DNA of 64,000 nucleotides from an uncultured Planctomycetaceae bacterium (lineage in GTDB: Bacteria; Planctomycetota; Planctomycetia; Isosphaerales; Isosphaeraceae), in the NCBI GenBank assembly GCA_963833985.1, contig CAWIAD010000002.1, positions 224,001 to 288,000 of the forward strand. The letters are read 5' to 3'. This document shows, in pieces, positions 54,527 to 64,000 of the stretch (position 1 is its first letter; each line of letters begins with the position of its first letter). The position numbers and the translations under genes are program-made. The notes below the pieces were generated by a model. It made no database searches. It worked only from the letters and a program-made list of their open reading frames with translations, and had not been told where the DNA came from.

Positions 54527-55807
54527 TCAGAAGAGCCTGCCCGTGGCGGCGCCCGGCTGCACGAAGGTCTCGAGCAAGCCGGCCAGTTCCGGGGCGCTGG
54601 GGATCTCCTTGAAACGGAGGATCGGCCCGGACAGCTCGTCGAGTGCGGCTTCGTCCACCTTGAGCTTCTCGGAGATCACCAGAATGTACCGGGGCGGGCC
54701 GAGCCGGGGCAGCAGCTGAAGCAAGCGATCCAGGCTCGATTTCTTCCAGAAGCCAAGCACCTCCACGAAGACGTCGGTCCCGCTGGCCCTGTGCACCGCG
54801 CGATAATCGGGCACCCAGACGCCCTCGCGGCCCAGCTCGAGCACCTCGGTGGATTCGCTCAGCTCCCAGGCCGGGGCGACCTGGCGGAACCGCTCAACGA
54901 AGGCCGGGATCTCGGCGGGAACGTAAACCCCGGAATCGAGCTGGTGCGTGTGCAGCCCGGCGCTCGGGTCCAGGTGGAAGCTTCGCGGCTCGCGCCGTGG
55001 GCCCCAGCGCAGCTCGGCATCGAGGCGAAAATCGTGGCAATGCAGCAAGGCCGGCACGAACAGCGCCATTTGCAGACCGTACTTCGTCGTGGCGCTGAAG
55101 AGGCTCAAGGGTCCGTCGATGTGAATGGTGTAGCCGTCGGCCATGGAGCCGAGCACGCGGTACACCAGGCGATGAAACTTGAGCCGGCGAAAGAGCTGGC
55201 GATAGCGCGCGGGACCCTCGCTCCGAACTTCCGCGTCCACCCGCACCGAGCGCAGCAGCACTGCCTGGGCCAGCGCCACGTTGTAGCGATCGACGAGCCG
55301 CTGGGCCGTCATGTCCTGGAACTTCAGCAAACGGTTCTCATCGCGGAGATCGGCGAAGAGTGCACTGATCAGCGTTTCCGCCGGCAGCTTGAGCTCGCGG
55401 GCGACGGCGTCCAGCACCTCCTCGCGGCGAAACGCGGGCCGCGCCGCAAGCTTGACCCCGCTGTCCTGTGCGGGGCGAGCCGCGCGTAACTGCCTGCGCG
55501 CTTCGGCGGCGGCGGTGAAGACCTTCTCGCGCACCTGCTCTGGAGGCACGTCGGCGACGATCTCGAACTCGGCGAGATCTTCCAGCACCTTGGCGATACC
55601 GCGATGCACAAGTGTCGCCTTGCCACCGCCGCCGAACAGGTCGTCGATCTCCTCCTCGATCTCACCGCGGCTCATCCCCACGCCTTCGCGGAAGATGGCC
55701 AGCAAGCTCTCGGCCGCCTCCAGCCATTGCGGGCTATTGCGGTTGAGATAGAGCGGAATGATCCGCTCCTTGGAGGTCCGGACACGAACGAGATCACCGG
55801 TGAGCAT
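54527..55807 (-). CDS. DUF790 (Bax1-like) PD-(D/E)xK nuclease family protein
   Basis: MLTGDL, RYNVALAQAVL, DGPLSLFSATTKYG, VPDY...FVEVLGFW. Confidence 0.9.
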   Translation of the reverse strand: MLTGDLVRVRTSKERIIPLYLNRNSPQWLEAAESLLAIFREGVGMSRGEIEEEIDDLFGGGGKATLVHRGIAKVLEDLAEFEIVADVPPEQVREKVFTAAAEARRQLRAARPAQDSGVKLAARPAFRREEVLDAVARELKLPAETLISALFADLRDENRLLKFQDMTAQRLVDRYNVALAQAVLLRSVRVDAEVRSEGPARYRQLFRRLKFHRLVYRVLGSMADGYTIHIDGPLSLFSATTKYGLQMALFVPALLHCHDFRLDAELRWGPRREPRSFHLDPSAGLHTHQLDSGVYVPAEIPAFVERFRQVAPAWELSESTEVLELGREGVWVPDYRAVHRASGTDVFVEVLGFWKKSSLDRLLQLLPRLGPPRYILVISEKLKVDEAALDELSGPILRFKEIPSAPELAGLLETFVQPGAATGRLF

Positions 55808-56028
55808 CAAATACCTCACACGACGGCTTGCAACTGGGCCCCGAGTGCTCTGAGCCCCTTTCATTCTCACACAGAGAGACTCTGCCGGTCTGCCCCGAAC
55901 TTCCCCGGGTCACGAGCGTTGCGGCGTACGGACTGGAAATGGCACCGCGACGAACACTCTGTTCGCCGCAGGCGAGCGCGTCGCTCCGCGGCTTCATCAT
56001 CTCCGGGTCCGGCCAGCGGGGCATTGCT

Positions 56029-56690
56029 TCAGAGGGGATGAGCCTGGTCTGGATCTCGTTGCCGTCCACGGTCTCCGCGGCGAGACGAAAGATGGCGGCC
56101 GAGAAGCGGGTAAAACTTCCCCGTCCGCAATGCATAGGCCCGATACTCGTCGCCGAACCTTTCGGCCAGCTTCTCCTCCTCGATCCGCGTGCGATTGACC
56201 AGCATACCCATCGCAGCAACGCCCAGGATGAACAGAAGCCAGTTCGCAGTCAGCAGGGTCAGCGAGAGCCCCCAGAAGAAGATGGTGACATAAAAGGGAT
56301 GACGCACCCAGCGGTAGGGGCCGTGAGTCACCAGGATATGCTCGCGGCGGGTGACCACCGTGTCAGTGAGGTTTTTCCCCAAGCAGTGAAATGTCCAGAA
56401 CAGAAGTGGCGGCACGAGGAGAAGGCCGAGAGGCGCACCTGTCCAGCGGAGCCACGTGGGCAGTCCCAGACAGGTTCCTGACACCCAGGCCGGATGGATC
56501 AGGTAGGCGGCAAGAAAGCCCCAGGCCAGAACGCCGCATGCCCGCAGGCCGACCATGACGAAAACACCTTCTTCGCCACGGGCCAACTTCTCACCGCTTG
56601 CTTGCGACCTGATTCGGTGATAAAGGCCAATCGGCAGACAGAGCACAGGTTGGCGATCAGAACCGCCCGAAAAGTCGATTCGGTGGCCAT
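56029..56690 (-). CDS. Isoprenylcysteine carboxyl methyltransferase family protein; frameshift at ~56630
   Basis: LGKNL, LVTHGPYRWVRHPFY, EEEKL...FG.EY..Y; the N-terminus MATESTFRAVLI is in an adjacent frame. Confidence 0.85.
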
Positions 56691-57032
56691 TTGAGTGATT
56701 TGATCCGAACGTTCCTCTGGATTGTCTCAACGCGAGCTACCATTCCGAGCCCCAGATGCCACGCGCAAACGCAGGCAATCTTCTGAATCCACCAGATCCC
56801 ATCCATTATTCCATGCGGCGTCCGAGTGTCACTGCGCATCCGCAGATGAGCCGGACTTCAGGAAGTCGATCGTCAGCTTCGAGCACCACCCTGTCTGGTC
56901 GAGCCGTGAATTGTTCTTTCTGAGCAAACGAGCCCCTGCCTGCTACAGATTTGCTGTTTACTTGCAGCACCACGAGATCTTTGCGGCTCCGTATTGCTGG
57001 CCCGCCTGGAGTTGTCGACATGATCATAGGCA

Positions 57033-57066
57033 GAGAGGCGGCCCCACCTTTCAGGGGCCGCCTCTC
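57033..57066. terminator. Strong stem-loop (possible terminator or mRNA stabiliser)
   Basis: Perfect 13-bp arms gagaggcggcccc / ggggccgcctctc with an 8-nt loop; no U-tract. Confidence 0.5.
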
Positions 57067-57183
57067 CGTTGCGAAGTCGGGCGCTCGGGCATCTGCCAGG
57101 ATGCAAGCGACAACCGAGTCTCAGATCAGATTCCTCGAGGGCCACCCGTCCTGACCTCGCGGGAAGTGAAGTGAAAACGCGTC

Positions 57184-58050
57184 TCAGTGGACAGGCACGC
57201 CAATGTAGCCATGAGTCACTCCGCCAGAGTCTACGAACGACCCGACGATTTCCTCTGGCTCGTTGACGGAGAAGACGCCGGTAGTGGACTCGCCGGGCAC
57301 CTCGACCGTCGAGTAGACGCCGTGCCACAACACGAACCCATGTTGATTGCCATCCGCATCAACAGAGAGTCCGACGATCTCGCCGCGGTTGTTGATTCCC
57401 TCGGCTACCGTCAGCAGGGCATCAGGGACGTCGAGTGTCGTATAGACGCCCTTGCTCTGCACGAACCCGTGGCGGTTGCCTGCGCCATCCACGTAGGTGC
57501 CTACGACGTCTCCTCGGTTGTTGATCCCGAAGCCTCCGGTCCCAGACGGTGCCGCCGAGCCGGGCGCGTCGAACGTTGTGAAGACTCCCTTGCTCCACAC
57601 AAAGCCGTGACGCGTCTGGCTGGCATCGCGATAGACTCCCACCACCTCGCCGTGCGCGTTGAGGAACTCAGCCTGGGTGTGAACCGAGCCGGGCGGGTCG
57701 AGCGTGGTGAGAACGCCCTTCTTGCTCCGGAAGTAGCCGTGGTAATTGCCTTCGGCATCAATGGTGATTCCTGAGATCTCGCCGCTGGCGTTGATCCCGT
57801 TGACGCTGGTAAATACCGCGCCGGGTACATCGATCTGGGTGAAGTCGCTATGGTTCAACACGAAGCCATGCGTATTGCCGCTGGCATCATCGAACTCTCC
57901 CGCAATCGCGTGCGGACTATTCCCGTTGACTGAGGTCCGGGTCGAGCCCGGCACGTCGTACGTGGTAAAGCTGTACTGTGCCTTCGCCGGCCCCGGAAAA
58001 GCCAGTGAGAGGCCCATCGCCACGGTCGCGAACAGACTTTGAGTCGTCAT
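57184..58050 (-). CDS. Secreted repeat protein (GINN.G.IVG...HGF, HAF-like propeller)
   Basis: Signal peptide; six ~43-aa repeats; AAGGAG RBS. Confidence 0.88.
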   Translation of the reverse strand: MTTQSLFATVAMGLSLAFPGPAKAQYSFTTYDVPGSTRTSVNGNSPHAIAGEFDDASGNTHGFVLNHSDFTQIDVPGAVFTSVNGINASGEISGITIDAEGNYHGYFRSKKGVLTTLDPPGSVHTQAEFLNAHGEVVGVYRDASQTRHGFVWSKGVFTTFDAPGSAAPSGTGGFGINNRGDVVGTYVDGAGNRHGFVQSKGVYTTLDVPDALLTVAEGINNRGEIVGLSVDADGNQHGFVLWHGVYSTVEVPGESTTGVFSVNEPEEIVGSFVDSGGVTHGYIGVPVH

Positions 58051-58298
58051 CGGTGCACTCCTTCGTTGGGCGGTCGTTGCCGGGAGACAAGGGAAACGCT
58101 CCCACGTCCTGGCCGGCGTGTCGGTTTCGTGAGTCGCTCGATTCGTCGGCAGTCTCCTGGATGGGCCCTCCGGATCTGCATTGCCAGGAACCCGGCTCTC
58201 ACCGACGGCGCGCAGACCGGGCGCCCGGGTCGTGAGGGCACTGCTCGAAGGCAGAACTTCACTGGCACTACTGGTTGCTTCCGACGGCTATCGGGGTA

Positions 58299-58500
58299 TT
58301 ACTGGTCCGGGTTCCGGTCCCAACGTTTCGAGTCCCCGATTCTTATTTCGCCCTTGCTACGGTAGCCGCTGGAGGACGCAAGGCGTTTGCCGTCCTGGCT
58401 GAATGCCACTCTGAAGATGTAGCCCACGTGTCCGCTCAGAGTTGCGATCGATTCCCCTGTTGCTGTATTCCAGATGCGGACAGTGTTGTCCCAGCTCGAC
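58299..58500 (-). pseudogene. WD40-repeat gene remnant
   Basis: SSWDNTVRIWNTATGESIATLSGH...VAFSQDGKRLAS; no matching N-terminal part. Confidence 0.65.
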
Positions 58501-58780
58501 AGCCCGCCGGCAAGGAGACTTCGACGGGTGGATCCGCCGATGTGTTTCACAATTATTCCTGATTCCTTTTGAGCGGCTTCCTGCCTCGGCTGCACGAATG
58601 TGGAGAGCCCGGAGAGTTTCGGGATAAGCTTGATCTGAAGCTCAGGCTCGCTTTCTCGAGGCAGGTCGGCGTGACAATGATCCCCTTGCTTCAACGAGTA
58701 ATGCGCCAGCGCTGGTGACATGTAAGGCGACGCCTTGGTCTCGAATGAAGCAAAGGGATTGCAGCTCTTGAGCAACGCCG

Positions 58781-59734
58781 TCATGAAAACAGATCGACCA
58801 CGGAGATGAACGCGAGCGTGGACGACATTTGAAACTTACAGAAGCTGCCGACGGGATCGCCGAAGGTTCCCAGAACCTCGCCTGATTGGTCGGCATGGCC
58901 CCACAGCCATACCCAGACCTGATACGTTTCGCCGGGAACCATGATCAGAGGGACTCCTTCTCCATTCGGCATGTACGAGGTGATGCGAGCCGATCCGTCA
59001 ATATGTGTCCATGGGTCTCCCTGCCCGGTGCGATCCCACATTTCAGGGCTCTGGCTGGGAACGACCTGGGTCCCCCCCTCATAGACCACGTAACCAAACC
59101 CGCCACGCGTGTTCGTGTTGTACAGATACGAGTAGAAATCGTATGAAAAGTCACATTGCATGAACGGCTGGATTCTCACCGTCCTGGCCACAGGGGAGCT
59201 GAGAAACAGGCTGAAGCCCGCCGCACCGAAGCCGCTTGCCGAATCATTGCTGCCGAGACATGACACGGCCATCGTGCTCTCGGTGTCCGTGAAACCCTGC
59301 ACGAACTGCGTTTCGTCATTCGGAACATTCCAGTGCGTGTCCCACGGCGGAACGAAAATATTCGTGCCCGGATTCACGTTCGCGAACTTCGTAATGCTTG
59401 AATCGAGGAAGCTGGCATGATCATGATCAAATGGATTCTGGCTCGCCTGCGCCGCATTCTGCGCAGTGCGAAGAGCGGCGAACCTCGCCGCACCAGACTT
59501 GTCCTTCTTGAGCGCTTCCAGCGACGGCGTCAGCAGCTCATTGGCTAGTCCGTTGGCCAGCTTGACCCTCTCGAGTCTCTCTCGGAGGTCGGCCGAGACG
59601 TGGCTGATGATCTGCTTCCTGGAGGACGACACAAGTTCCGGAGTCGGCACGACACGATGCACGCGGTTCCTGGCCGCGTTGATCATGGCCTGGCTTCTCT
59701 CTTCGGACCTGGACATCGTTGCAGTAGTACTCAT
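58781..59734 (-). CDS. Hypothetical protein (helical N-terminus, aromatic beta-rich C-terminus)
   Basis: Long ORF with protein-like composition; AAGGA upstream of the ATG at 59734. Confidence 0.75.
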   Translation of the reverse strand: MSTTATMSRSEERSQAMINAARNRVHRVVPTPELVSSSRKQIISHVSADLRERLERVKLANGLANELLTPSLEALKKDKSGAARFAALRTAQNAAQASQNPFDHDHASFLDSSITKFANVNPGTNIFVPPWDTHWNVPNDETQFVQGFTDTESTMAVSCLGSNDSASGFGAAGFSLFLSSPVARTVRIQPFMQCDFSYDFYSYLYNTNTRGGFGYVVYEGGTQVVPSQSPEMWDRTGQGDPWTHIDGSARITSYMPNGEGVPLIMVPGETYQVWVWLWGHADQSGEVLGTFGDPVGSFCKFQMSSTLAFISVVDLFS

Positions 59735-60139
59735 TTCAGAATCCTTTGTTCTGGCATGAACAGCAAGCGATTGTCGAAGTGACGCACTCACCCTCACACC
59801 TTGGGGAAGAAGCACAACGAACGCGACGCCTGTTGGCAGTACCATGAAGTCCTGGCTTGCCCTTTCCGGTACGCCAGGTCCTCTGGTTCCCCCTCTTTGG
59901 TGCGTTGCTCATCGAGAGGCTGGCTTGCCAGCGCGCACTCCGATCGATCAATGTGCTTCCGCGCCGTGACCTTCGTATGAGCTCGGACCCGCCACCGCTC
60001 GGCCTCGTCACCCTAATAAACGAGGCCCGCGGCTCGAACGAACAATGGGATGATAAATTGTTGCTCTTGTGCTTTCGCCGGACATCGGCTCTGGTGTATG
60101 GAAGAACGTTCACGCGCCCACTTCTCGAGGATCAGCGAC

Positions 60140-60721
60140 GTGGCGGAAGAGACACCTTTTCTGGACCTGGTGCGGAAGGTTCGTACCGGAGACGAGGCCG
60201 CCAGTGCCGAACTCGTCCGCCGCTATGAGCCCGCCATCCGGATCGCGGTGCGGGGGCGTCTGACTGATCCGAGACTGCGCCGGCTCTTTGATTCGATGGA
60301 TATCTGTCAGTCGGTCTTCGCCATCTTCTTCGTGCGGGCTACTGCCGGGGAGTTTGAGCTCGACCAGCCCGAGCGGCTGATTCAACTGCTCGCCAGGATG
60401 GCCCGCAATCGGGTTACCGACCATGCCCTGCGGCAGCGGGCGGCCCGGCGCGACTATCGCCGGACCGAGCGGACAGCCGACGATGAGAGGAAGTTCGTCG
60501 ACCCCGGCCCCAGTCCGAGCGACGAGATCTCCCGAAAAGAGTTGATTGAAGCATTTCAGAGCAGGCTGTCCACGGAGGAGCGGTACCTTGCCGACCAGCG
60601 CGCCCGGGGACGGCCCTGGGGTGAAATTGCCGCCGAGGTTGGCGGCAAGCCGGATGCCCGGCGCGTGCAACTGGAACGAGCGGTCAACCGCGTCACTCGT
60701 GAGTTGCGACTGGAAACGTGA
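60140..60721 (+). CDS. ECF sigma factor (planctomycete kinase-associated type)
   Basis: GDEAASAELVRRY...RLRRLFDSMDICQSVF...W.EIAAEVG; GAGGA precedes the GTG. Confidence 0.88.
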   Translation: MAEETPFLDLVRKVRTGDEAASAELVRRYEPAIRIAVRGRLTDPRLRRLFDSMDICQSVFAIFFVRATAGEFELDQPERLIQLLARMARNRVTDHALRQRAARRDYRRTERTADDERKFVDPGPSPSDEISRKELIEAFQSRLSTEERYLADQRARGRPWGEIAAEVGGKPDARRVQLERAVNRVTRELRLET

Positions 60722-60821
60722 CAGGGATTTGTTGTTCGGTTCGGCCACAAGTCTCGTTCCTGCTCATGGGGAGGCCTGCGCCAACGCCTGACGCATCGCT
60801 GTCTCCACGTGGAGCACTTAG

Positions 60822-63800
60822 ATGGCACTCGAAGAACCGGCCTGTTCCGATCTGGTGGAGTTGCTCCGCGGGGATCAGCAGCGGCGCTGGCAAGAGGGTG
60901 AGGGGGTCATTGTCGAGTCCTATTTCGCGACCCACCCAGGCCTACTCGCCGATGAAACCAGTGCGCTGCAAATGGTGTACAACGAGGTTCTCCTGCGCGA
61001 AGCCGCTCACGAATGTCCCCGGCTCGAGGAATATGTGCGGCGTTTCCCTCAGTACAGGGATCAGTTGCGTCCCCTCTTTGAAGTTCACCGCGCGCTCGAG
61101 TCGGATGAGTTGCTCGGTGCGCTTGCCGACCAGGGGTCGCTGGCGAAGACGATACACGAAAACAACGACCCGAGGGCCCGATCCTGGCCCACCATCGCCG
61201 GACACGAGATCCTCGGCGAGCTAGGGCATGGTGGCATGGGAGTGGTGTACAAGGCCCGGCAGATCGGTCTGAACCGGGTGGTCGCTCTGAAGATGATCCT
61301 GGCCGGAAGCTGCGCCGACGCGGGCCAGTTGAGCCGCTTCCGTGCCGAGGCTGAGGCCGTCGCGCGCCTTCAGCACCCCAACATTGTCCAGATTCACCAG
61401 GTCGGAGAGAGCGACGGCTGTCCTTATTTCTCCATGGAGTTCGTGGGCGGTCCGAGCCTGGCCCACGAACTCGACGGCACTCCCCAGCCGGCACGGCAGG
61501 CGGCAGACTTCATCCGGACACTGGCCTTCGCAATGCATACGGCCCATGAAAGGGGCATCGTCCACCGTGATCTCAAGCCTGCAAACATATTGCTGAAGAA
61601 ACTTGAAGTGTCAGGTCCTCGACCGCGAGTTCGAGCTTCCGAGTCGGAAGCCTCAACCGCTTCCGATTCAGGTCTTCAGACTCTGGAGTGTCTTCCCAAG
61701 ATCACAGACTTCGGTCTGGCCAAGCATCTCGACATCGACGTCGGCCAGACCGGCAGCGGCGTGATCGTGGGTACGCCGAGCTACATGGCTCCCGAACAGG
61801 CAAACAGCGGGATCGGCAGGATCGGCCCGGCTGCGGACGTGTATGCCTTGGGGGCAATCCTCTACGAACTGCTCACCGGTCGACCGCCGTTCAAGGCCGG
61901 GACGCCACTGGATACGTTGCTTCAGGTTCTTGCCGATGACCCCGTACCCCTGTCTCGTTTTCACTTGAAGGTGCCGCCCGATCTGAGCACGATCTGCATG
62001 AAGTGTTTGCAGAAGGAGCCACAAAAACGCTACTCGAGCGCGCTCGCCCTTGGCGAGGACCTGGATCGCTTCCTCCACAACCGATCGATTCACGCCCGGC
62101 GAACAAGCTTTTCGGAACGCCTCTGGCGATGGTGCAGGCGTAACCCGGCCCTGGCCGTAATGATCATTACCGTCGCAGGCCTTCTGATACTTCTTGCCGG
62201 TGGTGCTTCGGTCGCCGCGTTCTCCCTGCGCAGGCAGTTGACACGAGCCGAACAGGCGGAACATGTAGCCCAGCTCGAAAAAGACTCCAGGACCGAACAG
62301 CTCTGGAGAGCCTCGTTCGCTCAGGCCCAGGCCCTTCGCCTGAGCGGCCGAATGGGCCAGCGTTTCGAGAGCCTGAAGGCAATCGAGGAGGCAACTCGAA
62401 TCACTCGTGCACGGGGTGCTCCGGAGCAAGAGGCGCTTGACCTTCGTGGGGAGGCGGTTGCTTGCCTGGCTCTGACCGACCTGCGGGTGGAAGCCCAATG
62501 GCGAATTCCGACCTGGAGACTGTCCGCGACTTTTGATGCAGCACTTGATCATTTCGCTTATGCCGATGACGCGGGCGACATTCATTTGAGACAAACAGCC
62601 GGCCGCGAACCAGGCACTCGCCTGCCAAGCCCGGTTCAGCATCCGGATGAGGTCTGTTTTCAGTACAGCGCGGACGGCCGTTTCTTCCTGGGTTGCTTTG
62701 TCCTCAAGGGGAACCGCTCCAATGTCGTGTGGGACCTGACCACCCAGAACGGTCCACAAGAAGTTCTCCGCCTCACCGATGGCTCGGCTTACTTCACTCC
62801 GGACGGTCGCTCGCTCGCCTTTGCACGCGCAGACCGAACTCTTGGGCTTTACAATCTGGTGCAGGGCCAGAGCAAGACCCTCTGCACTGACCTCCGAGTG
62901 AGTCAAATCGCTTTCCGGCCCGACGGCAAGCAACTGGCCTATTCCGACGATCGTAAACCCGAAGTAGCCATCGTGGATGCAGCGACCGGAAAACAGATGC
63001 TGTCCTTGCCCGACCCGGACTGGAACACGGCTCTGACCTGGAGCAGCGACAGCCGGATGCTTGCTTCCGCATCGAATAATCATAATATCTATATTTTTAA
63101 TGGAACCACGGGTCGACGGCAGGCTGTGCTGGCAGGTCATCAAGGCAGGGTCATGGCACTCGCATTCAGCCCGACAGGAAATGTGCTGGCATCAAGTGGC
63201 TGGGAGGGTATCACGCGTCTCTGGGACGTGTGGAGCGGGAGAGCCCTGGTCAGCGGTGCGGGTCGCATGTTGAGCTTCAGTCCCGACGGACGGCGACTGG
63301 GTTTCATCGACGGTGACCGGATCGGGATCTGGGAAGTGGAGGAGGGGCGGGAATGCCGCTTACTGCAACCTCACTCCGCGACGACGGAGGCATGGAACAG
63401 CTACAGGGGACACGAGAGTATTGACTACAGCCCGGATGACCGCCTGCTCGCTTCTGCGGGCGGAGATGGGGTTCGGCTCTGGGATTTAGCCACAACTCTG
63501 GAACTGACTCACCTGGAGATCGGGTACCACGAGGCCGTCCTCTTTCACCCGACTAGCGGCGAGCTGTTCACCTATGGCAGATCGGGACTGAAAAGCTGGC
63601 CCATCGAGCGCGACCCCGCAAGACAGGGCATTCAAGTCGGTACACCGCAAACGTTTGATGTGAAGTTCAATCGGGGCTGGTTCCAGGCGAGCTGTAGCCT
63701 GGATGGCCGCGCGCTCGCCGTGACGGATGACCGCCATGCCCGGATCATCGTGATGAAGCTGGACGCGCCGTCCGAACGAGTCATGGTGACCGGCTGTTCC

Positions 63801-64000
63801 GATGTGGTCTCCCTCGCCCTGAGCCGCGATGCCGCATGGGTCGCCGCGGGCATGGTCAAGGGGGATGTGGGAGTCTCCATCTGGGACGCTCATACTGGCC
63901 GAAGGGTACACCACCTACCCGCCGAAGAGGACGGCACCATGCAGTCGAACGTCGCCTTCAGTCCGGACGGCCAATGGTTGCTGACGGGTGGGCAGAGCAA
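60822..64000 (+). CDS. Ser/Thr protein kinase with TM helix and WD40 repeats; 3' partial
   Basis: Absent from the ORF track because it has no stop. The frame from ATG 60822 gives LGHGGMGVVYKA, VALKM, HRDLKPAN, KITDFGLAK, GTPSYMAPE and then FSPDG WD repeats to the window end. Confidence 0.93.
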   Translation, partial: MALEEPACSDLVELLRGDQQRRWQEGEGVIVESYFATHPGLLADETSALQMVYNEVLLREAAHECPRLEEYVRRFPQYRDQLRPLFEVHRALESDELLGALADQGSLAKTIHENNDPRARSWPTIAGHEILGELGHGGMGVVYKARQIGLNRVVALKMILAGSCADAGQLSRFRAEAEAVARLQHPNIVQIHQVGESDGCPYFSMEFVGGPSLAHELDGTPQPARQAADFIRTLAFAMHTAHERGIVHRDLKPANILLKKLEVSGPRPRVRASESEASTASDSGLQTLECLPKITDFGLAKHLDIDVGQTGSGVIVGTPSYMAPEQANSGIGRIGPAADVYALGAILYELLTGRPPFKAGTPLDTLLQVLADDPVPLSRFHLKVPPDLSTICMKCLQKEPQKRYSSALALGEDLDRFLHNRSIHARRTSFSERLWRWCRRNPALAVMIITVAGLLILLAGGASVAAFSLRRQLTRAEQAEHVAQLEKDSRTEQLWRASFAQAQALRLSGRMGQRFESLKAIEEATRITRARGAPEQEALDLRGEAVACLALTDLRVEAQWRIPTWRLSATFDAALDHFAYADDAGDIHLRQTAGREPGTRLPSPVQHPDEVCFQYSADGRFFLGCFVLKGNRSNVVWDLTTQNGPQEVLRLTDGSAYFTPDGRSLAFARADRTLGLYNLVQGQSKTLCTDLRVSQIAFRPDGKQLAYSDDRKPEVAIVDAATGKQMLSLPDPDWNTALTWSSDSRMLASASNNHNIYIFNGTTGRRQAVLAGHQGRVMALAFSPTGNVLASSGWEGITRLWDVWSGRALVSGAGRMLSFSPDGRRLGFIDGDRIGIWEVEEGRECRLLQPHSATTEAWNSYRGHESIDYSPDDRLLASAGGDGVRLWDLATTLELTHLEIGYHEAVLFHPTSGELFTYGRSGLKSWPIERDPARQGIQVGTPQTFDVKFNRGWFQASCSLDGRALAVTDDRHARIIVMKLDAPSERVMVTGCSDVVSLALSRDAAWVAAGMVKGDVGVSIWDAHTGRRVHHLPAEEDGTMQSNVAFSPDGQWLLTGGQS

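Noticed and set aside
58100..58130. GAAACC-N16-CGT ECF-type promoter upstream of the gene starting at 58050
   Set aside because: A single short match, expected by chance; no second instance identified.

Overview
GC-rich bacterial chromosome segment, most consistent with a planctomycete such as Isosphaeraceae. This is inferred from six LEPR-xLL (planctomycete extracellular) leader proteins, a PVC-type haem-binding CxxCH protein, three PEP-CTERM proteins and an ECF sigma factor/Ser-Thr kinase pair. About 45 genes; no rRNA, tRNA or CRISPR seen. About 11 conserved genes carry single-base frameshifts, often in homopolymers, which suggests long-read indel errors. Ordinary content: HtrA, CPBP protease, Fe-ADH, a glycosylation cluster, S9 peptidase, MFS, mdh, Uma2, eda, DUF790. 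Best candidates for undescribed biology: (1) a ~2.3 kb integrase-free insert at the 3' end of an S9 peptidase gene, bounded by a 133-bp perfect direct repeat, encoding a Cys-type SirB1/transglutaminase-like protein, a separately initiated mini-Rhs (core motif plus a probable papain-fold toxin) and a 2-TM putative immunity protein; (2) a TolC gene followed by three paralogous LEPR-xLL secreted proteins of an unrecognised family; (3) a BlaR1/M56 sensor fused to HAF repeats and a PEP-CTERM tail; (4) a decayed accessory region with an 81-bp repeat between serine-recombinase remnants. All family assignments are by motif recognition only; no database search was run.
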